From Myxococcota bacterium (GTDB taxonomy: Bacteria > Myxococcota_A > UBA9160 > UBA4427), in contig OZ252299.1 of NCBI GenBank assembly GCA_965250285.1, forward strand, positions 3,808,001 through 3,872,000: 64,000 nt of DNA, in the 5' to 3' direction. Shown here one piece after another: positions 27,179 to 35,663 of this stretch. How positions within the stretch are numbered: the stretch's first letter is position 1; each line of letters begins with the position of its first letter. The notes beneath the pieces were generated by a model. It made no database searches. It worked only from the letters and a program-made list of their open reading frames with translations, and had not been told where the DNA came from. The position numbers were made by a program, and so were the translations under genes.

Positions 27179-27717
27179 ATCGACGCCTCGGCGCACTCGC
27201 CCTCGTCGCGGCCGTCGATCTCTGGGTCGGCGTCGCGCTCGCCGACGGTGGGCGGCTGATCCTGCGTGAAGCGCGCGACGGAGTGATCGCAAGCGTGCTC
27301 GCCGCGCCGGTGCCGCTGCGTGTCGGTGCGGCCGCGTTCGACGTGCTCGTGCAGGATCCCGATACGGGCGCGCCCATGGCGGTCGACGCGGTGCGGCTTC
27401 GCGTGACGGGACCCGACGTCTGCGGGACGACCGAGCTCGACGCCCGCACTGAGTCGGGCGTCAACCGGCTCTTCTACGGCGCTTCGATGCGTCTGCCGAT
27501 GCCCGGCCGTTGGCAGGTCGAGGCCTGGATCGAAACCGAGACCGGCGCGACCGTGTTCACGACTGAGCTCGAGGTCGCGCCCGCCCTCCCGCCTGCGCAG
27601 CGCTACTGGCCATGGATCGCCGCCACGCTGGTCGGCCTCGTCGTTCTGTTCGTGCACCAGGCCCGCACGCTCGGCCGCCCGCGATCGGATCGTCGATCGC
27701 CGGGTCGACTACGCTGA
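27175..27717 (+). CDS. YtkA/FixH-like Ig-fold protein with signal peptide and C-terminal TM anchor
   Basis: ATGA overlap; PVPLRVG...DVLVQD...FYGASMRLPMPGRWQVEA; C-terminal hydrophobic helix. Confidence 0.6.
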   Translation: MNRRLGALALVAAVDLWVGVALADGGRLILREARDGVIASVLAAPVPLRVGAAAFDVLVQDPDTGAPMAVDAVRLRVTGPDVCGTTELDARTESGVNRLFYGASMRLPMPGRWQVEAWIETETGATVFTTELEVAPALPPAQRYWPWIAATLVGLVVLFVHQARTLGRPRSDRRSPGRLR

Positions 27718-27725
27718 GCCGGGCC

Positions 27726-28289
27726 ATGGCGATTCGGCTCTTCTGCGTCCTGTCTCTTGTCGCGATGTCGGCGTGCATCCCGATCTCGGTCACCGACTAT
27801 GAGCATCCACCGACGATGGCAATGCGCGACCAGATGCAGAGCGGTCTCGTCGACCGCACGTACGACGCGCTTGGCCCCGAGCTGGTGGTCGTGCCCGACT
27901 TCGAGCGGTTCGCCGAGCACGAGCGCAATCGCAATCGCCTCGGTGTGCTGCGCTTCGCTGCGAAACAGCCTCGTGCCATCGAGATCGAGTCGGCGACGCT
28001 CCGAGACGATGCGACCGGGATCACGATCGACGCCGAGCTCGATGGTCGATCCCGGGTCGAGATGCGAGTCCCCCCGGCGTACGCCTACTACCCGTATGAC
28101 GGCGTCGATTTCGAACACACCGAGGGCCGCATCGTGCTCTTTCGGCTCCCCGACGCGCGATTGGCAGCGTTCGGCTCGCCGGATCGCATGACGCTCGACG
28201 TCCGCTTTCGAATCGCAGGCGAACCCGGCGAGCGCAGGTCGACGTTCAGTCTGGAGCGGGTGGAGAAGACGCTGTGGGTGACCGACTAG
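27726..28289 (+). CDS. Putative lipoprotein of unknown function
   Basis: MAIRLFCVLSLVAMSA-C lipobox; beta-rich mature region. Confidence 0.55.
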   Translation: MAIRLFCVLSLVAMSACIPISVTDYEHPPTMAMRDQMQSGLVDRTYDALGPELVVVPDFERFAEHERNRNRLGVLRFAAKQPRAIEIESATLRDDATGITIDAELDGRSRVEMRVPPAYAYYPYDGVDFEHTEGRIVLFRLPDARLAAFGSPDRMTLDVRFRIAGEPGERRSTFSLERVEKTLWVTD

Positions 28290-28298
28290 AGCCCGCCT

Positions 28299-28988
28299 TC
28301 AGCGGATCGGGAAGTCGAAGTACGTGTCGGGGAACGGCTCGTTCGCGAGGGTGAAGTGCCACCACTCGTGTTCGTACGGCTCGAAGCCGTGCTGCATCAT
28401 CAGAGTCCGAAGCAGTAGACGATGGGCGCGCGCCTGCGCCGAGACGTCGGCGCTGAGCGGCGCAGAGGTCGGGCCGAAGAAGTCGAATGGCGTGCCCATC
28501 TCGAGCAGCTGCGGCGTGCCGTCGCGCAGCTCGGCGATGGACAGATCGAGGGTGCTGCCCCGGCTATGGCTCGATTTCGCCGCGATGTAGCCCTTCGCAA
28601 AGAGCTGATCCTTCGGCACGTCGGGGTAGTAGCGCGCCTTGGTTGTGCGATCGGTCTCGTCAGCGGCCCAGCGGACGAAGTCGTCGACGGCGCGCTGCGG
28701 GCGATAGGCGTCGAAGACGACGAGCGTCAGGCCGAGCGCTCGGAGCTCGGCCTGCACGCCTGCGAGGGCGGTCGCGGCGGGCCTCGTCAGCAGCAATCGA
28801 TTCGCCTCGTACCCGTCGATGCGCCGCCCCACGAAGTTGTCGTCGCCGAAGTAGCGCAGATCGACCACCAGCCCCGGGATCGAATCGACGTAGGTGAACT
28901 CATCCGGCATGGTCGTCGGATCCTCGCCCGCCGCGACCGTACCCGTCACACCGATGCAGATCGCGGCGAAGAGGGGCATCGCTCTCAT
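28299..28988 (-). CDS. ddpX: D-alanyl-D-alanine dipeptidase (M15D, VanX/DdpX family), exported
   Basis: DLRYFGDDNFVG, FDAYRPQRA, SSHSRGSTLD, MGTPFDFF, EWWHF; N-terminal signal peptide. Confidence 0.9.
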   Translation of the reverse strand: MRAMPLFAAICIGVTGTVAAGEDPTTMPDEFTYVDSIPGLVVDLRYFGDDNFVGRRIDGYEANRLLLTRPAATALAGVQAELRALGLTLVVFDAYRPQRAVDDFVRWAADETDRTTKARYYPDVPKDQLFAKGYIAAKSSHSRGSTLDLSIAELRDGTPQLLEMGTPFDFFGPTSAPLSADVSAQARAHRLLLRTLMMQHGFEPYEHEWWHFTLANEPFPDTYFDFPIR

Positions 28989-29076
28989 GACGGCTCCAAG
29001 GTGGGAGGCGGAACGCGTCGAGCGTATCACGCATGCGTGGGGGGAGCGGTCGCCGCGCGCACCGAGCGAGCCGCCG

Positions 29077-30288
29077 CTAGCGGTCGGCGCAGTCCGCGTA
29101 GAAGCAGCAACGGCCACCCCCGGCCGCCTTGGCCGAGTACATGGCCAGGTCGGCGGCCTCGTTCAGCTCGGCCGCCGTCTCGCCATCGTCGGGATAGATC
29201 GCCGCGCCGATGCTGAACGAAACCGCGACTTCGGACTGATCGGGCATTGCGAGTCGCACGTCGAGCGCCTCTTCGATCCGCTGAGCGACCGCCCGGGCGG
29301 CGTCCGGCGATTCGATCTGCTCGGCCAGGATCGCAAACTCGTCGCCGCCGACGCGCGCGATCGCATCGGTGATGCGCGTCAGGCCTCGAAGCCGCTCGGC
29401 AACGGCGAGGAGCACGTCGTCCCCCGCAGCGTGGCCATGCGCGTCGTTGATCGGCTTGAAGCCGTCGAGGTCGAGGACGAAGAGCACGAGGTGCTGCTTC
29501 GATCGGGCGGCGCGACCGAGCGCGATCGTCTGCATCTCTTCGAAGAGGCGGCGATTCGCGACGTTCGTGAGCGGATCGTGGCCGGCGGCGTGACGCAGCT
29601 TCTTTCGCTCGGCGTCGAGCTGCTCGCGCATCCCCATCTGGATGCGGTCGTGCAGCACCGCCATACAGGCTGCAGCGCCGCATGCCGTGGCGAGGATGAC
29701 GAGCAGGCTCGGCACCCACGCATCCTGCGAGACCGGAATCACGTGCAGGTGCCCCGCGGCTTCGGCCACGTGCATCGCCGGCGCCAGGGCGACCAGCAAG
29801 ACGGCCCAGGCGATCGCGGCGCGACGCCCCGTCAGGATGCCGGCCATCTGCGGCAACACGGCCCAGAGGATGAGAACGGGCGACGCGATGCCGCCGTGCG
29901 CGATCGTCGATGCGGCGACGACCAGGAAGGTCGTCCCGCAGATGACGTGGGCCCCGAACCGGACCGGGGCGCCGAGATGGAGCGCGATCAGGGCACCGAT
30001 CAGACCGAGCATGAAGGTCGCGGTGGTCCACGCCGAAAGCACCACCGAATCGTCGGGCAGGGGCAGGACGAGCTGCGTGGATACGAGACTGAATGCGCCG
30101 AAGACGACGAATGCGAGCGCAAAGCCGACGACCAGGTCGGCACGCAGTCGCTCAGCCGGCTCGCTCGGCAGCGGACGATCGAGCACCCAGCGCGAGACCG
30201 CGTGAAAGCCGAAGCGAGCCGGATCGGCACCCGCCTCGGCCTCGGGCGCTTCGACGAGCGATGCGATCGGGGTCTGACCGTCGGTCAT
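29077..30288 (-). CDS. Membrane-bound diguanylate cyclase (about 5-6 TM plus GGDEF)
   Basis: DPLTNVANRR, DLDGFKPINDAHGHAAGD, I-site RITD, GGDEF, ADLAMYSAK. Confidence 0.92.
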   Translation of the reverse strand: MTDGQTPIASLVEAPEAEAGADPARFGFHAVSRWVLDRPLPSEPAERLRADLVVGFALAFVVFGAFSLVSTQLVLPLPDDSVVLSAWTTATFMLGLIGALIALHLGAPVRFGAHVICGTTFLVVAASTIAHGGIASPVLILWAVLPQMAGILTGRRAAIAWAVLLVALAPAMHVAEAAGHLHVIPVSQDAWVPSLLVILATACGAAACMAVLHDRIQMGMREQLDAERKKLRHAAGHDPLTNVANRRLFEEMQTIALGRAARSKQHLVLFVLDLDGFKPINDAHGHAAGDDVLLAVAERLRGLTRITDAIARVGGDEFAILAEQIESPDAARAVAQRIEEALDVRLAMPDQSEVAVSFSIGAAIYPDDGETAAELNEAADLAMYSAKAAGGGRCCFYADCADR

Positions 30289-30402
30289 GCCGGGATCTTC
30301 GGTGGGACCGCTCAGGGGCTTGAGGTTGCGACCGGGGCCGTGCCAGTTCTTGCGCGCCCGCGGCGACGGGCACGTGGCGACCGCGCCGCAGCCGCGATTA
30401 AT

Positions 30403-30431
30403 TTGACGCCATTTTTTTATCGCCGTAAAGT
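30403..30431 (+). promoter_or_regulatory. Sigma70-type promoter of the TetR operon, predicted leaderless
   Basis: TTGACG (30403-30408), 17 bp, TAAAGT (30426-30431); ATG at 30438; no SD sequence. Confidence 0.7.
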
Positions 30432-30437
30432 CATCGC

Positions 30438-31055
30438 ATGCCCCGACCTTCGATGACCCCGCAGGAGGTGGCCGCGACGCGCAGCGCGCTGCTCGACGTG
30501 GCCCAGCGCCTCTACGAGGCCGGCGGCGACGAGGCAATGTCGTTTCGCGCGATCGCGAGTGGGTACGGCTGCAGCAACACCATGCCGTACACCTACTTCG
30601 CCTCGAAGGCCGAGATCGTCGACGGCCTTCGGATTCGCGCGTATCGCTGGCTGAAGCAAGAGCTCGACGTCGCCGCGCGCTCGAAGCCTGATCCGCTCGA
30701 TGCGCTGCAGGCACTGGCCACGGCCTACGTGCGAGCCGGCACCGAGCGCCCCCGACTCTACGAGCTGCTCTATTCGACGCGGGGCGCGATGTCCGAGTCG
30801 GCGCCCGAGCTGATCGAGGCCAAGCTCGGGGCACTCGGCGTCTGCCAGCGCGTGATCGAGGCCGCGGCCGAGGCCTCGGGTCTCGCGCTGCGATCCGACC
30901 CGAAGACGACCGCGCACATCTTCTGGGCGGCGGCGCACGGTCTCGTCTCGCTCGACAGCGGCGGCTTCCTGGTCGTTGGCCGCTCGCTCGAGCAGCTCTA
31001 CCCCGTGCTCTTTACCGCCATGTCGGCCGGGATGGTCGACGAGGAGGCGACATGA
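30438..31055 (+). CDS. TetR-family regulator (WHG-type C-terminus)
   Basis: HTH MSFRAIASGYGCSNTMPYTYFASKAEI; WAAAHGLVSL. Confidence 0.9.
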   Translation: MPRPSMTPQEVAATRSALLDVAQRLYEAGGDEAMSFRAIASGYGCSNTMPYTYFASKAEIVDGLRIRAYRWLKQELDVAARSKPDPLDALQALATAYVRAGTERPRLYELLYSTRGAMSESAPELIEAKLGALGVCQRVIEAAAEASGLALRSDPKTTAHIFWAAAHGLVSLDSGGFLVVGRSLEQLYPVLFTAMSAGMVDEEAT

Positions 31056-31936
31056 CCGAGACACCCCGCGCTGGTGAGATCGTCGTTCGCAGCATCCCGT
31101 TCGAGTTTCCCGATGAGCTGCCGCCCGTCTGGAGCCCGCACCACGAGTGGTCGCACATGCTCAACGGGGCCTCGCTCACGATGCCGTACCTCGAGCCCTT
31201 CCTGATCGCGACGCTCAAGGAGGCGATGGACGAGATCGACGACGAAGCCGTGCTCGAAGAAGCGAGAGGCTTCAACGGACAAGAAGCGCAGCACTACAAG
31301 ACGCATCGCCGCTACAACGAGCTGCTCAAGGCGAATGGCTATCCCGAGCTCGCTGAGATCGAGGCGGGCATGAAGGCCTCGTACGACAAGCTGCGCGCGC
31401 GTTCGTTGACGTACCGCCTTGGCTATTCGTGCGGCTTCGAGACGATGACGATGGGTGTGACGCGATGGCTGGTCGCCGAGCGCGCGCGCCTCTTCGGCGG
31501 CTCGGATACGCGCGTCGCCTCGTTCGTGATGTGGCACTTCGTCGAGGAGGCCGAGCACAAGCGCGTCGCCTTCGACGTCTACCAGGCGGCCCGCGGCAGC
31601 TACTGGCCTCGGCTGGTCGGCACCTTCACCGGCTCGGCCCACGTCTTCTGGTGGGCGCGCAAGGGCACCGTCGCCATGCTGAAACGCGACGGCCTCTGGC
31701 GCGACCTGCGCTCGCGCCTGCGGCTGTGGCGACGCACGGCCGAGTTCTTCTTCGCGATCGCGCCCGTCGTTCTGCGTGCCGCCAGCCCCTGGCACGACCC
31801 CCGCAACGAGCCGGATCCGCCGTGGGTGCGGGCTTGGATCGAAGGCTATGCACGGCGCGGCGACGCGAGCGTCCCGCTCGTCGACACAGACGATCCCGAG
31901 ATCCCCGTGCCGTTCGCTGGGGAGGCGATCGCATGA
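31052..31936 (+). CDS. 'Metal-dependent hydrolase' family protein with ferritin-like ExxH motifs
   Basis: PYLEPFLI, GQEAQHYKTH, GFETMT, WHFVEEAEHKRVAFD, PWHDP; ATGA overlap. Confidence 0.8.
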   Translation: MTETPRAGEIVVRSIPFEFPDELPPVWSPHHEWSHMLNGASLTMPYLEPFLIATLKEAMDEIDDEAVLEEARGFNGQEAQHYKTHRRYNELLKANGYPELAEIEAGMKASYDKLRARSLTYRLGYSCGFETMTMGVTRWLVAERARLFGGSDTRVASFVMWHFVEEAEHKRVAFDVYQAARGSYWPRLVGTFTGSAHVFWWARKGTVAMLKRDGLWRDLRSRLRLWRRTAEFFFAIAPVVLRAASPWHDPRNEPDPPWVRAWIEGYARRGDASVPLVDTDDPEIPVPFAGEAIA

Positions 31937-32439
31937 CCGATGCAACCGATGCCGAGGCTGCGCTGACCCTTCGCTGCCAGAGACTGCTCATCGGCCACGG
32001 CGCACTCGTCCTGCTGGTCGGCTTCGCGATCGGGTTCGGGTTCCTCTTCTTCTTGATCGGCCGCATCGAGCTCTGGCCGATCCCAGGCCACATCGACTAC
32101 CAGCTGCCGGGCAGCTACGACGCGTGGCGCATGGCTCATATGGAGGGGATCGTGAACGGCTTCGGTCTCTGGATCGTGGCGCTCGTCCTCCCGGTCGTGC
32201 CGCTGTCCGAGACGCTGCGGGTTCGCGTGACGTGGGGGATGGTCGTCGTGGCCTGGACGATCGTCATCGCCTCGGCGATCGATCCGCTCTTTCCCGACGC
32301 GCGCGGTCTGACCTTCGGCGAGAACGGCCCGAATACGGTCGCCTTCTTTCTCTTCTATGCTGGCATCCTGACGGTGATCTGGGTGGTGGCCATGATCGCG
32401 ATCCGGTCGCTCTCGGCGGCCCGCACGGGTCGCGGCTGA
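31933..32439 (+). CDS. Styrene-oxide-isomerase (StyC)-like 4-TM membrane protein
   Basis: GHG, PGSYDAWRMAH...NG and RGLTFG match StyC motifs as I recall them; ATGA overlap. Confidence 0.65.
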   Translation: MTDATDAEAALTLRCQRLLIGHGALVLLVGFAIGFGFLFFLIGRIELWPIPGHIDYQLPGSYDAWRMAHMEGIVNGFGLWIVALVLPVVPLSETLRVRVTWGMVVVAWTIVIASAIDPLFPDARGLTFGENGPNTVAFFLFYAGILTVIWVVAMIAIRSLSAARTGRG

Positions 32440-32476
32440 ACGCCGCCCACGCCCCACGACCGAACGAGGCGCGCGC

Positions 32477-33685
32477 ATGTTCGAGACGCTCAGCGATCGA
32501 CTGCCGGCTCGCTGGCGTCCCACGCCGCGACCGGTCGCGCCCGCCGACTACCGCGCGGCCGCCGAGGCGCATCTGCCGCGCTTCATGTGGCGCTATCTCG
32601 ATGGCGCCGCCGGCGAACGCCAGAGCCTCCACCGAAACGCCGAGGCGCTTCGGCGACTCACGATCCGGCCTCGGGTGCTGAGTGGCCTCGGCGAAGCCGA
32701 CGCGAGCGTCGAACTGCTCGGTCGACGCTGGAGCTCGCCGATCGCGCTCGCACCCGTCGGCGCCGCCGGCATGTGTGCGCATCGCGGCGAAACCCTGGCG
32801 GCGCGCGCGGCGCAGGCCGCCGGCGTTCCGTTCACGCTGTCGACGGTCGGTGTGTGCACCACCGCCGAGGTGTCGACGGCGGTGGGCGGGGCGCCCTTCT
32901 GGTTTCAGCTCTATGTGATCCGCGATGGGCGCGCGCGCAGCGCGGTGCTCGAAGAGGCGAAACGCGCGGGCTGCGACACCCTCGTCTTCACGGTCGACAT
33001 GCCGGTGCCCGGCAAGCGCTACGACGACCTGGCCCCGGGCGGGCTGGCCGACGGCGGTGCGGCTGCGGGGCTGCGGCGCGTGCTCCAGGCCGCGGCCCGA
33101 CCGCACTGGGCGGTCAACGTCGGTCTGCGCGGGCGTCCGCACGTGCTCGGCAACGTCGCGCCCTTCCTGAAGCCCGGGGAAACCGGCCTGCAGGATTTCT
33201 TTCGCTGGATGCGCGAGAACTTCGACCCGACGATCGACTGGTCGGTGCTCGACGAGATTCGCGGCCAGTGGGATGGCCAGCTCGTGGTCAAGGGCATCAT
33301 GGATCCCGAAGATGCGAGACGGGCGGCCGCGGCCGGCGCGAATGGCATCATCGTGTCGAACCACGGCGGCCGGCAGCTCGAGGGCTCACCTGCGACCGCC
33401 GAGGTCCTTCCGCGCATCGTTTCGGCCGTCCGAACGACGTTCCCAAAGCTCGCCGTGCTGGTCGATGGCGGCGTGCGCTCGGGCACCGACGTCTTTCGCA
33501 TGCTCGCCCTCGGCGCCGACGCGGTGCTCGTCGGACGACCCTGGGTCTACGCGATGGCCGCCGCGGGGCAGGCCGGCGTCGAGCGCTGGCTCGAGCTCGC
33601 CCGCGAAGAGCTGATCACCGAGATGATCCTGGCCGGCGTCGACTCGATCGACGCCATCGACGCGAGCTGCCTCGCGTCTGGCTGA
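32477..33685 (+). CDS. lldD: FMN-dependent alpha-hydroxy-acid dehydrogenase/oxidase (LldD-like)
   Basis: YLDGAA, ALAPVG, WFQLY, FTVDMP, VVKGI, SNHGGRQLE, DGGVRSGTD. Confidence 0.9.
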   Translation: MFETLSDRLPARWRPTPRPVAPADYRAAAEAHLPRFMWRYLDGAAGERQSLHRNAEALRRLTIRPRVLSGLGEADASVELLGRRWSSPIALAPVGAAGMCAHRGETLAARAAQAAGVPFTLSTVGVCTTAEVSTAVGGAPFWFQLYVIRDGRARSAVLEEAKRAGCDTLVFTVDMPVPGKRYDDLAPGGLADGGAAAGLRRVLQAAARPHWAVNVGLRGRPHVLGNVAPFLKPGETGLQDFFRWMRENFDPTIDWSVLDEIRGQWDGQLVVKGIMDPEDARRAAAAGANGIIVSNHGGRQLEGSPATAEVLPRIVSAVRTTFPKLAVLVDGGVRSGTDVFRMLALGADAVLVGRPWVYAMAAAGQAGVERWLELAREELITEMILAGVDSIDAIDASCLASG

Positions 33686-33705
33686 CGGCCGAAGCCGCGA
33701 CCGAA

Positions 33706-34242
33706 TCAGCGGACGCCGAACCGACGCGCCGCCCGGTTCGCAGCCGCGGGGCCGGCGAGCTGCCGAAGCAGCAGGAGCCCGTCGACCATCGCGATCGCCG
33801 CCTCGGCGTGGGCGCGCCGCTGCGCGGTCGTGCCCTTCAGGAACTGCGCCGACCACGTGATCCACGTCTCGACCAGTAGCGGCACGACGGTCTTGTAGGG
33901 CTCGCGGCCGGCCACGGCGAGGCCGTTGGCCTCGAAGAAGAGCGCGAACAGCGGATCGACATCGGGCTGCGCGAGCACGCCCCACGCGGCCCGGACCAAC
34001 TCGACGTGGTCGTCCGCCGGGCTCTTGAACGCGGCGGCGAGTGCCGTCTGCAGCTCGATGCCCATCGCCATGAGCACCTCGCGGATCAGGTCGTCCTTGG
34101 TCGGGAAGTAGTAGACCACCGTGCGGTCGCTGATGCCGAGTCGCTCGCCGACGCGGGCGAAGGTCAGCTCGCTCAGGCTCGCCGAGAGCGCCACCTCGAG
34201 CGCGCCCGCGAGGATCTCGGTCTTGTCGTGGCGGTGTCCCAT
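33706..34242 (-). CDS. TetR-family regulator
   Basis: HTH LTFARVGERLGISDRTVVYYFPTKDDL. Confidence 0.9.
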   Translation of the reverse strand: MGHRHDKTEILAGALEVALSASLSELTFARVGERLGISDRTVVYYFPTKDDLIREVLMAMGIELQTALAAAFKSPADDHVELVRAAWGVLAQPDVDPLFALFFEANGLAVAGREPYKTVVPLLVETWITWSAQFLKGTTAQRRAHAEAAIAMVDGLLLLRQLAGPAAANRAARRFGVR

Positions 34243-34252
34243 CGCGCTTGAT

Positions 34253-34298
34253 CGTAGCGCTGACTACGGTTACCGTTTTGTAGCGCTCACTACAAAAC
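34253..34298. promoter_or_regulatory. Two tandem palindromic operators between divergent TetR and hydrolase genes
   Basis: CGTAG-CGCTGA-CTACG (34253-34268) and GTTTTGTAG-CGCTCA-CTACAAAAC (34275-34298). Confidence 0.8.
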
Positions 34299-34311
34299 AC
34301 GGGAGACTCCG

Positions 34312-35178
34312 ATGACCCGAAACCGCGCCGACGCCCCTCAGTGGCCCGAGCCCGGGCTCGCCAAGACACACCTCGGTGAGATCGAGTACCGCGACATCGG
34401 CGACGGCCCGGTCGTCGTCTTTCTTCATCTCGTGCTCGCGGAGGGCTCGCACTGGGACAAGATGCCGCCGCTCCTCGCGGACCGATTTCGCTGCATCATC
34501 CCGACGCTGCCGATGGGCGCGCACCGCGTGCCGGCCCGCGCCGACGCCGACCTCTCCGTGGACGGGCTGGCGCGCGCCGTCGCCGAGCTGCTCGAGCAGC
34601 TCGGCGTCGACGACGTCACGCTGGTCGGCAACGACAGTGGCGGCGCAATCTCACAGGTCGTCGCCGCCGACTACCCCGAGCGGCTGGGCCGCGTCGTGCT
34701 GACCAACTGCGACATGTTCGACGACTTCCCCCCGAAGCTCTTCGCCTACTTCAACCTGCTGCCCCATCTGCCCGGGGGCCTGGCGATCGCCGGGCGCGCA
34801 CTCAAGGTGCGCGCGTTCTGGGGTCTGCCCTTCGTCTTCGGACGACTCGCCAACGAGATCGACGCGACGAAGATCGATCGCTGGGCCGACGCGCTGATCG
34901 CGAGCCCCGACGTGCAGCGCGACGCACGCAAGGTGCTGAAGGGCTTCGGGCCCGCCGTGACGAACCGGGCGGCGCGCATCCTGCGCGACAGCCGGCTGCC
35001 GATCCTCGTCGCATGGGGCGCAGACGACAAGGCCTTCCGCCCGCACCTGGCCGAGCGGTTCTGCGCCGAGGTGCCGACGGCCGAGCTCGTCTGGATCGAC
35101 GACTGCAAGACCCTCGTGTGCTGGGATCAGCCCGAGCGACTCGCCGAGCTGATCAGCGACTTCGCCGCCCGCGGATGA
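34312..35178 (+). CDS. Alpha/beta hydrolase, Asp-nucleophile (epoxide hydrolase / haloalkane dehalogenase-like)
   Basis: GDGPVVVFLH, LVGNDSGG nucleophile elbow, VAWGADDKAF, DQPERLA. Confidence 0.85.
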   Translation: MTRNRADAPQWPEPGLAKTHLGEIEYRDIGDGPVVVFLHLVLAEGSHWDKMPPLLADRFRCIIPTLPMGAHRVPARADADLSVDGLARAVAELLEQLGVDDVTLVGNDSGGAISQVVAADYPERLGRVVLTNCDMFDDFPPKLFAYFNLLPHLPGGLAIAGRALKVRAFWGLPFVFGRLANEIDATKIDRWADALIASPDVQRDARKVLKGFGPAVTNRAARILRDSRLPILVAWGADDKAFRPHLAERFCAEVPTAELVWIDDCKTLVCWDQPERLAELISDFAARG

Positions 35179-35196
35179 GACGGCGACGCCCCCGAC

Positions 35197-35607
35197 TCAG
35201 ACCACGCCGGGTCGGGGGTCGAGCTGCACCAGCTCCTGTGACGCGAGGCCCGCATCGCGGTGCACCGCGATGCGCTGGTATGCGTCGCTCTGGGTCATCT
35301 CGAGGAACACGGTCTTCGAGGGATACTCGGCAATCGCGACCGCATCCCAAGGCAGATCGCCATCGCCGATGACCAGCACGTTGGCCGGGGCCGAGTAGAC
35401 GATCCGAGCGCCGATCTCGGCGAAGATCTTCACGACCTCCTGGCCGTAGAGACCGTACGCTTCGGCGCCCGTGAGCTCGGTTTCGCGCCCGTCGGGGTAC
35501 TCGGCTCGCTCCTTGAACTTGAGCAGGTTCAACATGTGGATCGGCCCGTCTTCGGGCGCGTTCTTCATGAGCTGCTCGATCTGCTCGGGGCGGGGGTGCG
35601 TGGGCAT
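35197..35607 (-). CDS. DUF1330-family protein
   Basis: GPIHMLNLLKFKERA, EAYGLYG, WDAVAIAEYPS, YQRIAVHRDAGL. Confidence 0.8.
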   Translation of the reverse strand: MPTHPRPEQIEQLMKNAPEDGPIHMLNLLKFKERAEYPDGRETELTGAEAYGLYGQEVVKIFAEIGARIVYSAPANVLVIGDGDLPWDAVAIAEYPSKTVFLEMTQSDAYQRIAVHRDAGLASQELVQLDPRPGVV

Positions 35608-35663
35608 CGGTTTCTCCTGTGGATGACGTTCGTCGATGGGCGCTCAGATGTCGGGGCGGGCGC

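Noticed and set aside
13894..27717. Apparent giant fusions in the ORF track (13894-16011, 21297-22841, 22795-24858, 25063-27717; also 38006-40501)
   Set aside because: The upstream parts are off-frame read-through over neighbouring genes; plausible starts are 15016, 22095, 23395, 27175 and 39131
28299..28988. Vancomycin-resistance (vanX) locus
   Set aside because: No vanH/vanA/vanRS nearby; an exported stand-alone DdpX-type dipeptidase is ordinary
31933..32439. Styrene degradation operon
   Set aside because: No styrene monooxygenase or phenylacetaldehyde dehydrogenase genes, and the catalytic Tyr appears absent
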